From positions 82,091 to 146,090 of the forward strand of contig JAZDNO010000006.1 of NCBI GenBank assembly GCA_043799545.1: 64,000 nucleotides of DNA. Reading direction: 5' to 3'. The stretch is from Methanobacteriota archaeon (lineage in GTDB: Archaea > Thermoplasmatota > Thermoplasmata > SG8-5 > DAIRED01). The notes under the pieces are model-generated. The model worked only from the letters and a program-made list of their open reading frames with translations, was not told where the DNA came from and made no database searches. Each line of letters opens with the position of its first letter. Position 1 is the first letter of the stretch. This document shows, in pieces, positions 39,609 to 47,332 of the stretch. Position numbers and translations under genes: made by a program.

Positions 39609-39682
39609 AGCCACTGGAGGGATTTGAACCCCCGACCTGCTGATTACAAATCAGCCGCTCCACCGAGCTAAGCTACAGTGGC
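39609..39682 (-). tRNA. tRNA-Thr (anticodon UGU)
   Basis: The reverse complement folds as a canonical cloverleaf: acceptor GCCACTG/CAGTGGC, D arm GCTT..GAGC, anticodon stem GCTGA/TCAGC with loop TTTGTAA, T arm GGGGG-TTCAAAT-CCCTC. CCA is not encoded. Confidence 0.8.
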
Positions 39683-39801
39683 GTTTTATTGCTTATGAAT
39701 GGATTTGTATTTCCGACGGACTCCCGAAGCTGAGCCGGAACAAATGCATTGTGGCTCAGCGAGGCACAGACCTTCACCAACCGGAAGGCTGGTCTAGTGC
39801 A

Positions 39802-39823
39802 CCGAGCTAAGCTACAGTGGCAT
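39802..39823 (-). repeat. 22-nt copy of the 5' end (acceptor plus D arm) of the adjacent tRNA-Thr
   Basis: caccgagctaagctacagtggc is identical to 39661..39682. The following sequence (39700..39801) has hairpins but no canonical tRNA body. Confidence 0.5.
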
Positions 39824-39875
39824 TATACCAGAGCGAAATCATAGGAAACGTTTAAAGTTAATCATTGTTTCGCTG

Positions 39876-40865
39876 TTGCTGATGAAAAAATTCGAAAGAT
39901 GCATTAGGAAAGACGAATTCGCCGCAGCCTGGTCCGAGCAAGAAACGGAGACCGAGCGCGCTTTCGTAATCATCCTGAGGACGTCCGGCTGCGCTTGGGC
40001 CGCCAGGGGCGGGTGCCTTATGTGCGGCTACTCGTCCGAATCGCTCCAAGGCGTGTGCCAGGAAGACATCGAGGCGCAGGTGGCGAAGGCGCTGGCGAAG
40101 TACTCCGGCGAGGCCGTTGTCAAGCTCTACACATCCGGGAGCTTCCTCGACGAGAAGGAAATCCCCGACCCAGCGAGGATATGGCAGACGTTGCTCGATG
40201 CTGGCGCGCGCAGGCTTCTGGTGGAATCCCGCCCGGAATTCGTCGAGCCGTCCTTATCCGACATCGAGCCGTTCAAGGGGAAACTCGAAGTTGCCATGGG
40301 ACTGGAAACGGCCAACGACAGTGTGCGCGAACGCTGCGTGAGGAAGGGATTTACCTTTGCGGATTTTTCCGCGGCATCCGAATCGCTGAGGGGCGCTGGC
40401 TCGACCGTGCGCACCTACCTCCTTCTCAAGCCACTTTTCCTGGGGGAGGCCGACGCGATGGCGGACGCTCTCTCCTCGGTCGGCACGGCGTCCGCGCATT
40501 CTGACGTCATTTCACTCAACCCTGTCAACGTCCAGAGGCGGACTCTCGTGGAGCGAATGTGGCGCCGGGCTGAATATAGGCCTCCGTGGCTGTGGTCTAT
40601 TGCGGAGGTGCTCTCGAAGGCGGAAAAGGGGAAGGCGCGTTTGGTCTCATCTCCGTCGGGAGGCGGCACGCAGCGCGGCGCTCACAATTGCGGGAAATGC
40701 GACGCCGTCTTCCTGGATGCCGTTTCAAAATATTCCCTGACCCAGGATGCGGATGTTTTCCGCGGGCTCGGATGCGAGTGCTCGGAGCTATGGCGGGACA
40801 TTCTCGAACTGGAAAGCCGGGCGATGACGACCACAGATTTGGAGCGCACTTCCTGGCGCGGCTAG
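39876..40865 (+). CDS. Radical-SAM-like Fe-S protein with an atypical cysteine motif, possibly the archaeosine-pathway RaSEA family (TIGR01210/COG1244-like)
   Basis: ILRTSGCAWAARGGCLMCGY is a Cx8CxxC-type motif, not CxxxCxxC. Length 329 aa. A TIM-barrel-like region follows. The family assignment is from memory of the COG1244 motif and is not verified. Confidence 0.45.
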   Translation: MLMKKFERCIRKDEFAAAWSEQETETERAFVIILRTSGCAWAARGGCLMCGYSSESLQGVCQEDIEAQVAKALAKYSGEAVVKLYTSGSFLDEKEIPDPARIWQTLLDAGARRLLVESRPEFVEPSLSDIEPFKGKLEVAMGLETANDSVRERCVRKGFTFADFSAASESLRGAGSTVRTYLLLKPLFLGEADAMADALSSVGTASAHSDVISLNPVNVQRRTLVERMWRRAEYRPPWLWSIAEVLSKAEKGKARLVSSPSGGGTQRGAHNCGKCDAVFLDAVSKYSLTQDADVFRGLGCECSELWRDILELESRAMTTTDLERTSWRG

Positions 40866-40902
40866 CGAACCGGTTATATCCGGGCAGGGCATCACCGGCG
40901 GC

Positions 40903-41391
40903 ATGACGCTCCTTTCAGACGCGGAAATCAAGCGGTGGATGACCGATGGCTCGCTCCGCATCGCGCCGTTCGCCGAGAAGAACCTCACTCCCAACGGCTA
41001 CGACCTCACCATCGAGGAAGTGCTGATACCAGGCCAGGCCAAAGCGTTCGACGTGACTGTCCCACCGATGTCACGCTTCGTTGTGAGCACCAGGGAGCGG
41101 GTGGAGCTGAACGGGCCATTCACTGCGCAGCTGTGGATAAGGACGACATGGGCTCGGCGCGGCGTGCTGGCATCTTTTGGCAGAATAGACGCCGGTTTTA
41201 AAGGGACACTCACCCTGGCGGCATTCAACGCGTCGGCCGAGCCGCTGCCGGTCAGGGCTGGGGAGACTTTCGCGCAATTAGTCTTTGAGCCTCTGGCCGG
41301 CGGCGTTGAAAAGACTTACGCCGAGCGCTCGGGGAATTACCAGGACCAGAAAGGAGTGACCCTGGCAAAAGACAAATCTCGGGTGGTTTGA
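40903..41391 (+). CDS. dcd: dCTP deaminase / dUTPase-superfamily protein
   Basis: 162 aa. The N-terminus MTLLSDAEIKRWMTDGSLRIAPF and the NGYDLT motif are typical of the Dcd/Dut beta-barrel family. Confidence 0.7.
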   Translation: MTLLSDAEIKRWMTDGSLRIAPFAEKNLTPNGYDLTIEEVLIPGQAKAFDVTVPPMSRFVVSTRERVELNGPFTAQLWIRTTWARRGVLASFGRIDAGFKGTLTLAAFNASAEPLPVRAGETFAQLVFEPLAGGVEKTYAERSGNYQDQKGVTLAKDKSRVV

Positions 41392-41405
41392 CAAGCCACG
41401 TTATC

Positions 41406-42410
41406 TCAATCTCTTTTTAAATCGTATGCAACCACCGAAGAGCCAGGCGAATATGGGTGGACGATGTTCCACGACCAGCATGTGGCTCCCCGGGCGAGAG
41501 CCTCAAGCTCCCTGGCGCGCCCCCCCTCCGCACCCTTGTCGACAACCTGATAGACGTGAAGCCATGCGCCTGGCGCCGAGGCCTTTAACGCTTCTGGCAG
41601 GAACTCGTGAGCGCTGTGCGGCAGGTTCATGATTATCCGGTCCGCAGGACCGAGCTTCGGGGCCAGTTCCCGGGCGTCCCCGTGGTGCGCGCTAACGGAG
41701 CCCGCCTTGTTCCTGGCGATGTTCGCGCGCAGGAATTCAATGGCGTGGGCGTTCGCGTCCACGCAGGTGACCGACGAGGGCTTGGCTTTCTTCGCGATGA
41801 GTATTGAGAACGGGCCGACCCCGCAGAACATGTCCAGCACGCGCTCCCCCTTTGCCACGAGCTGGGCGATTCGCCACCGCTCGTTCGCGAGCCTGGGAGA
41901 GAAATAGACCTGGGCCAGGTCGAGCTCCAGCTCGATGCCGTACTCCCTGTGGACGGTGCGCGTGCTCTGCCTTCCGGCGACGACCTTCAGGGATCGGACG
42001 CGAAGCTCTCCCTCTACGCCCTGGTCAAGCGCTGCGGAGGCCAGGTTCCTGTTCGCCGCAAGCATGGCCTTTCCGATCTCAGTCGCGTGCGGTGCAAGCT
42101 CGTCAGGGAGTTTGAAGATGGCAACGTCCCCGACGATGTCGAACGAAGACGGCAAGAGCGCCTTCAACCCATCGGGAACTTCAGCCACATCCTTGTAGCT
42201 TTTGATACGGCTGGGAGCTGGTTCGAAATCGTCCTCGCCAACAGGGTAACCCATTGCGGGCCCATCGAGGACGGGCATGTAGACATGGGTCCCATCGGAC
42301 TTTATGCTGAGGTCTCCTCTCAGTAGCCTTGCCTCTGAAAGCTTTTTACGGGCGGACTCGCCTTCCCCTCTGGGCACGATAACGCATCGGGCTCTCACGG
42401 TGCAACGCAT
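41406..42410 (-). CDS. trm5: tRNA (guanine37-N1)-methyltransferase Trm5 (Trm5/Taw2 Met-10+ family)
   Basis: Matches archaeal Trm5 closely: YFSPRLANERWRIAQLV, SAM motif VLDMFCGVGPFSILIAKKA, and NLPHSAHEFL. The N-terminal D1 domain begins MRCTVRARCVIV at 42410; the tracked ORF extends to 42494. Confidence 0.75.
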   Translation of the reverse strand: MRCTVRARCVIVPRGEGESARKKLSEARLLRGDLSIKSDGTHVYMPVLDGPAMGYPVGEDDFEPAPSRIKSYKDVAEVPDGLKALLPSSFDIVGDVAIFKLPDELAPHATEIGKAMLAANRNLASAALDQGVEGELRVRSLKVVAGRQSTRTVHREYGIELELDLAQVYFSPRLANERWRIAQLVAKGERVLDMFCGVGPFSILIAKKAKPSSVTCVDANAHAIEFLRANIARNKAGSVSAHHGDARELAPKLGPADRIIMNLPHSAHEFLPEALKASAPGAWLHVYQVVDKGAEGGRARELEALARGATCWSWNIVHPYSPGSSVVAYDLKRD

Positions 42411-43197
42411 GGGCGAATTGGTATTTGTCGGTTTAGGTCTCGGTCCGGGAGGCGTCAGCCAAGCAGGGCTGGAGGAATTGAAGGGCTGCGGCAAGGTCTT
42501 CGCAGAGACCTACACCGCGCCAGTCGAAAAAGGCATGCTTCCGGAGCTGGCAAAGCTCATAGGGAAGGACATCGCGCTTCTGGGGAGGAAGGATGTCGAG
42601 GACGGGAAGCTCATTCTGATGGAGGCGAGCCGGGGCAGGTGCAGCATCCTGGTCCCGGGCGACCCGATGGTGGCGACGACCCACGTAGACCTGAGGCTCA
42701 GGGCTGTGGAAAGGGGCATCGTGACCAAAATAATCCACGCGGCGAGCATAGGCACGGCCGCCGCTGGCCTTCTGGGGCTCCAGAGCTACAAGTTCGGCCG
42801 GACCACCACGCTGCCTTTCTGGAAACCAGGCTACGAACCGACCAGCCCTTACGACGTCGTCGAGGCCAATCGCAATGAAGGACTGCACACTCTGGTGCTT
42901 CTCGACATCGACGCAGAAGGCGGCGCGGCCATGACTGCGACCCAAGGCATGGCGCAACTGATTGCATTGGAGGCAAAGCTCGGCCGTGGAGTATTCAAAG
43001 CCGACACTCTCGCATGCGTGGTGGCCCGTGCCGGCCACGACGACGTTCTCGTGAAAGCGGGTGAAATAACCGTTCTCGCAAGAGAGGATTTCGGGCGGCC
43101 ACCGCACTGCATCGTCATCCCGGGCAAGCTGCATTTCATGGAATCGGGGGCGCTGGTCGCGCTCGCGGGAGCGCCGAAAACGATATTGAAGGATTAA
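42409..43197 (+). CDS. dph5: Diphthine synthase (tetrapyrrole-methylase fold)
   Basis: MGELVFVGLGLGPGGVSQAGLEELKGC N-terminus and the class-III methyltransferase fold; characteristic Dph5 length of 262 aa. ATG at 42409. Confidence 0.8.
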   Translation: MGELVFVGLGLGPGGVSQAGLEELKGCGKVFAETYTAPVEKGMLPELAKLIGKDIALLGRKDVEDGKLILMEASRGRCSILVPGDPMVATTHVDLRLRAVERGIVTKIIHAASIGTAAAGLLGLQSYKFGRTTTLPFWKPGYEPTSPYDVVEANRNEGLHTLVLLDIDAEGGAAMTATQGMAQLIALEAKLGRGVFKADTLACVVARAGHDDVLVKAGEITVLAREDFGRPPHCIVIPGKLHFMESGALVALAGAPKTILKD

Positions 43198-43907
43198 ATC
43201 CCCAGCGCCTGTTTCAACTCATCCATTCCGACGCCGTGCTTCGCATCCGTGAGAATAACCGGAGCCCTCGAATTGAGGTTTTTAGCATCTGACACAAGGA
43301 CCTGCGGGTCCACTTCGACCGCGCCAGCCAGGTCAATCTTGTTTATCACGATGAGGTCGGCGATTGTGAAAATCAACGGGTGCTTCCTCACCATGTCGTC
43401 TCCTTCAGTCACGGAGATTACAACGACGCGCTTGTCGGTGCCGAGGGGGAAATCCCCCGGGCATACGAGGTTGCCCACGTTCTCGATGAAGAGGATGTCC
43501 AGCTCTTCCAACTTTAGGTGCTCCAGGGCGTGGTCGACCATGTGCGCGTCTAGGTGGCATTCTTTCCCGGTATTGACGTTCTCGGCTGTCGCACCCCTAT
43601 TGACAAAACGCCTGTAATCGTCATCCCCCGCCACATCGCCAGCGATGCACCCCACCCTTTTCCCGTTTGCTTTCAACGCCTCTATCATCTTCTCGATGAT
43701 GAGCGTCTTGCCAGAGCCTATTGAGCCGACGAAATCAAACGACTTGATTCCTTTGGATTTCAGGCGGACGTGGTTGTCGTCTGCGATGCGCAAATTCGCA
43801 CCTAGTACGTTGGCCCCGAGATCCACGTCCACGACCTTGTGCAGGCGCTCACCCCTTTCGCTTGGGGATGCTGCAGATGGCATACTCGTCCCCGTCCAAA
43901 AACACAT
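43194..43907 (-). CDS. hypB: Hydrogenase nickel-incorporation GTPase HypB
   Basis: Matches archaeal HypB closely: FDFVGSIGSGKTLIIEKMIEAL, CIAGDVAGDDDYRRF, TGKECHLDAHMV, ENVGNLVCP, NKIDL. The N-terminal extent is uncertain. Confidence 0.85.
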   Translation of the reverse strand: MCFWTGTSMPSAASPSERGERLHKVVDVDLGANVLGANLRIADDNHVRLKSKGIKSFDFVGSIGSGKTLIIEKMIEALKANGKRVGCIAGDVAGDDDYRRFVNRGATAENVNTGKECHLDAHMVDHALEHLKLEELDILFIENVGNLVCPGDFPLGTDKRVVVISVTEGDDMVRKHPLIFTIADLIVINKIDLAGAVEVDPQVLVSDAKNLNSRAPVILTDAKHGVGMDELKQALGI

Positions 43908-44022
43908 CCAGATCGGGATGCTTCTCCTGGATCTGCCTGATGTTCTCCATGACCTCCGAGATGGTCTTCGTGCCGTCCCGGCTGAGCTTCACATGCACCC
44001 TCTTTTCGGTCAGGCTTAACAC
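43849..44022 (-). CDS. Small hypothetical ORF (about 57 aa) upstream of and overlapping hypB in another frame
   Basis: GTG-started ORF VLSLTEKRVHVKLSRDGTKTISEVMENIRQIQEKHPDLDVFLDGDEYAICSIPKRKG. It lacks the CxxC pairs expected for HypA. Too small to place in a family. Confidence 0.2.
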   Translation of the reverse strand: MLSLTEKRVHVKLSRDGTKTISEVMENIRQIQEKHPDLDVFLDGDEYAICSIPKRKG

Positions 44023-44209
44023 CCCGCCAGACGCTTCGCGCGCCTAGATACCACCAATCCTTGCCGGGGTATATAAACCTAACCTCGGGCGGACATCGGT
44101 CACTCTAGCATGAATTCGTCATTGCTTCAGGTCAATTTATTTATACCATCTCGCTCATCAGCATCGCGGCCAATCTTTTTATCCATTGGCCGGCGCGAGG
44201 TGCACCTAG

Positions 44210-46624
44210 GTGGTTCCCAAAGCTGGCAAAGACGAAGAAGCGACCTGTCCGGTCTGCGGTGGGCCCATAGACGAGGCTGGCGCGAAATGCGCCCGGTGCG
44301 GCGCGGCCTATGTCGCCCCTGGAGACAGAAAGGCGAAAAAGAAGGTCCAGATTGCCCACGGCAGCAAGCCCGAGAAAAAGGAGGCTGCACCCGAGAAACC
44401 TCCCCAGGCAGCGAACGATTCTAAGAATGCGGCCGCCAAGGAAAGCAACGCCGACCTGGCCAAATGGCTGAGCGGCGAGGAGGAGGAAAAGGGCCTGACG
44501 GACTGGCTTGGTGGCGGCAAGACTGAGGCGAAACAGCCGTCCAGGCCCAGCGCAAAGCCAGCTCCGGCACAAGATGCCAAGGACTCCAACGTCGACGCTC
44601 TCAAAGCCTGGCTCAGCGGTGAGGAGGACACGCTTACTTCGTGGCTTGGTGAAGACCCCACGGCGAAACCCAAGGCCGCCTCGGTCCCGTCAGTGGTCTC
44701 GGACGAGGTCAGCAAGGAGCTGGGGGAGCGGGAGAGCGCCCTCGCTGAGAAGGAGACCGCCTTGAAAAAGCGCGAGGAAGACCTCGATGCCATGAGGGGG
44801 GCGCTTCAGGAGCAGCTTTCAAAGGTCCAGACGGGCGAGTTCGATCCGATGGTCCTAATAGAAGAGACGGCCAGGCTCAACAGGGATCTCCAGGCGGAGG
44901 TGAGGAAGCGCAAGGAGCTGGACGACGAAATTGTCCAGGTCAAGAAGGGAAGCATCGCGGTCATCAAGTACGTCAAAGCGCAGCAGATGCAGCGCGGCGG
45001 GGACGCGGCCCGCTCCATCCACAAGCGTCTGGACGAGGTCACCGCGGAGAAGGAGAGGCTCACAGTCGAACTCAAGAAGACCATGGAAATAAACGAAAAG
45101 ATGAAGGCGGACATGGCCGAGGGGCTGAAAGCCCTGCCCGACGGCGACCGGGCCATCAAGGAGAAGGAGATGGCCCTGATGGAGCAGGAAAAGCAGCTGG
45201 AAGCATCGAAAGCGGAGCTGCATGAGAAGGAAAAGCAGATGCGCGAAGCGGTGATTTCCTCCGGCGGGGGGGTAGGGGCGGCTTCGGCTGAGTTGCAGCA
45301 GCGCTTGATGGCCGAGCTCGGGGAGAAAGAGAAGGAATGGCTCAAGAACGAGGGCGAGCTGAAGAAGCGCATACTCGACCTTGAAGCCAACATACAGGAG
45401 CTTAAGATTAACCAGAAGCAGGTCCAGGAGGCGGCGGAGCTCAAGGGCAAGGGTGCGGAGGTCAACGCAGAGCTCGAGCGCAAGATACGCGAGCTTCAGA
45501 TAAAAGAGAAGGCGATGCTCCTCAGGGAGGAGGAGATAAGGAGGCTGTCCCAGCAGCTGAAGGACAAGGACGAGGAGCTCAAGAAGGTCAAGGAGCCCTT
45601 GAAGTACAAGGAGGAGGAGCTGCTGAGGCGCGAAGAGGACCTGCTCCACCGCGAGAAGATATTGATGGAGGAGCGCAGGAAGTACGAGGAGGCGGTGAAA
45701 GACACCGGCAGCCTCCAGACGCACGACATGAAGATGAAGATTGAGGAGCTGAACCAGGAGATAAACCGCAAGGAGGAGCAGATACGCACCAAGGAGCAGT
45801 ACCTCAACGCCAAGATGGAGGACCTTAAGCTGAGGGAGCAGGGGCTCATAGGCCAGGAAATCGAGGCGCGCGAGGAAGACCGCAAGCTGGAGCTGAAAAT
45901 CGAGAAGGTCAAAACGGGCACTTCGAGACTGGACGACCTTCTGCTCGGAGGCATACCTTTCGGGACGAACGTCCTGGTCTACGGTCCGCCTTTCGCCGGA
46001 AAGGAGATTGCCATCAACGCCTTCATCGCAGACGGCCTGAAGAAGGGCGTTCCGGCAATCTGGGTCATCACCGACAAGCTCCCCTCCGAGATACGCGAGG
46101 AGATGATGTTCATAGTGTCAGGGTACGAGGAATACGAAAAGCTCGGCCTGGTCAAATACGTAGATGCGTATTCCAAGAGCATCGGCGAGGTCACGCCTGA
46201 CCCCAATGTCACTTACATCGAAGAGGCCACGGACCACGTGGGCATCTTGAAGGCAGTGGACGCGGTGGCGAAGGAGCTGCTGCAGAAGCACAAGTACTAC
46301 CGGGTGGGGTTCAGGTCGATTTCCACCCTGATAGCGTACCTGGATTCGAACGCCGCATTCAAATTCCTACAGCCGTTCGTCGGCAGGCGCAAGCGCGAGC
46401 GCGCCGTATCCCTCTTCTCCATCGAGAAGGGAATGCACAGCGACCAGGACATCCAGATGATCGGAAGCCAGATGGACGGGGCCATAGAATTCAAGATCGA
46501 GCAGCTGAAGACCTTCCTTTGCATCAAGGGAATCGGCGACGTGCAGTCGAAGGCGTGGATAGAATACACATACAGCAAGCAGGGCATGGCAGTTGGCTCA
46601 TTCAGCTTGGACCATATACGTTAA
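44210..46624 (+). CDS. Zn-ribbon plus WLSGEE-repeat region plus about 450-aa coiled coil plus C-terminal KaiC/RecA-like (FlaH-like) domain with degenerate Walker A
   Basis: N-terminal CPVCGG..CARCG ribbon. Two repeats of LxxWLSGEE..T.WLG. An extremely E/K/L-rich heptad region. The C-terminus LDDLLLGGIPFGTNVLVYGPPFAGKE..ITDKLP has a KaiC-like fold, but the Walker A ends GKE instead of GKT/S. Confidence 0.55.
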   Translation: MVPKAGKDEEATCPVCGGPIDEAGAKCARCGAAYVAPGDRKAKKKVQIAHGSKPEKKEAAPEKPPQAANDSKNAAAKESNADLAKWLSGEEEEKGLTDWLGGGKTEAKQPSRPSAKPAPAQDAKDSNVDALKAWLSGEEDTLTSWLGEDPTAKPKAASVPSVVSDEVSKELGERESALAEKETALKKREEDLDAMRGALQEQLSKVQTGEFDPMVLIEETARLNRDLQAEVRKRKELDDEIVQVKKGSIAVIKYVKAQQMQRGGDAARSIHKRLDEVTAEKERLTVELKKTMEINEKMKADMAEGLKALPDGDRAIKEKEMALMEQEKQLEASKAELHEKEKQMREAVISSGGGVGAASAELQQRLMAELGEKEKEWLKNEGELKKRILDLEANIQELKINQKQVQEAAELKGKGAEVNAELERKIRELQIKEKAMLLREEEIRRLSQQLKDKDEELKKVKEPLKYKEEELLRREEDLLHREKILMEERRKYEEAVKDTGSLQTHDMKMKIEELNQEINRKEEQIRTKEQYLNAKMEDLKLREQGLIGQEIEAREEDRKLELKIEKVKTGTSRLDDLLLGGIPFGTNVLVYGPPFAGKEIAINAFIADGLKKGVPAIWVITDKLPSEIREEMMFIVSGYEEYEKLGLVKYVDAYSKSIGEVTPDPNVTYIEEATDHVGILKAVDAVAKELLQKHKYYRVGFRSISTLIAYLDSNAAFKFLQPFVGRRKRERAVSLFSIEKGMHSDQDIQMIGSQMDGAIEFKIEQLKTFLCIKGIGDVQSKAWIEYTYSKQGMAVGSFSLDHIR

Positions 46625-46777
46625 GCCATCATTTTTTCCGCTTCCAAAGGAATAACGGCAACGGAACGAATAGGAAGAAAAACAGCCAGCCAGTTAATAT
46701 GAATACAGTTATCGAGGCTGCCATGGTTAGGATTAGAATCCCCATAAGAAACCAAGGCGAGAAAACCCAGTCCGCCT

Positions 46778-47200
46778 TCATGCGACTTCGATTCCGGATG
46801 AGGGCTTGGGTCCCGGGCTCTTCCCGATGTTGACCTGCGGCATCGGAATCGGCGGGGGCATCTTCAGGTCCCTGGAGACCATGACCGCCTCTGGCACGCA
46901 GTTCATCATTATCGCCTGGTGAACCTGCGTCGCCACGTCGTCCGGCATCTTGTGCTCGGTCTGCCACTGCTTGGCGACCGCGCTGGCATTGCCTTCGAAG
47001 ACCATCTTGCCCTCGATTTTAATGAAGCCGATGCTCGAGTAGTTGGCTGTGAATCTGAACTCCACGTTGGCCTCCTTGTTATTGATTTCGGAGATGAGCG
47101 TTATACTGCTGTTGTGGTCTATCCTGATGTTGCCCATGGCCTCACCCAGCTTCGTGAAGCGCCGCGCGTCAATCGAGGTGAACTCGAAATTCGTTATCAT
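46778..47200 (-). CDS. Hypothetical protein
   Basis: 140-aa ORF with coding-like composition and no recognisable motifs. A possible about 50-aa hydrophobic mini-ORF (MKADWVFSPWFLMGILILT...) follows in another frame at 46629..46780. Confidence 0.3.
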   Translation of the reverse strand: MITNFEFTSIDARRFTKLGEAMGNIRIDHNSSITLISEINNKEANVEFRFTANYSSIGFIKIEGKMVFEGNASAVAKQWQTEHKMPDDVATQVHQAIMMNCVPEAVMVSRDLKMPPPIPMPQVNIGKSPGPKPSSGIEVA

Positions 47201-47332
47201 GCACTATGCCAATGACCCGAGGTGGATTAATAACTTTCGCTTCTAATCGCTGCCGCCACAGCGCCATTATGTATGGTGCATCTCAAGGCCGTACTTGAAC
47301 TGCCGACCTTCGACGGAAGGTGTGATTGGCGG

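Noticed and set aside
39876-40865. Possible Taw1/TYW1 (wybutosine radical-SAM) identity, suggested by the neighbouring Trm5/Taw2-like gene
   Set aside because: Taw1 carries a canonical CxxxCxxC motif plus an auxiliary-cluster Cys triad. This protein has a Cx8CxxC motif instead, and the adjacent methyltransferase matches Trm5 better than Taw2.
43849-44022. HypA (Ni chaperone) identity for the small ORF upstream of hypB
   Set aside because: HypA has two CxxC pairs forming a Zn site. This peptide has a single Cys.
46629-46967. 112-aa minus-strand ORF overlapping the 46778..47200 gene
   Set aside because: It is mostly an alternative-frame overlap. Only its last about 50 codons (46629..46780, hydrophobic) might be a real mini-ORF; this is mentioned under the neighbouring feature and was not called separately.
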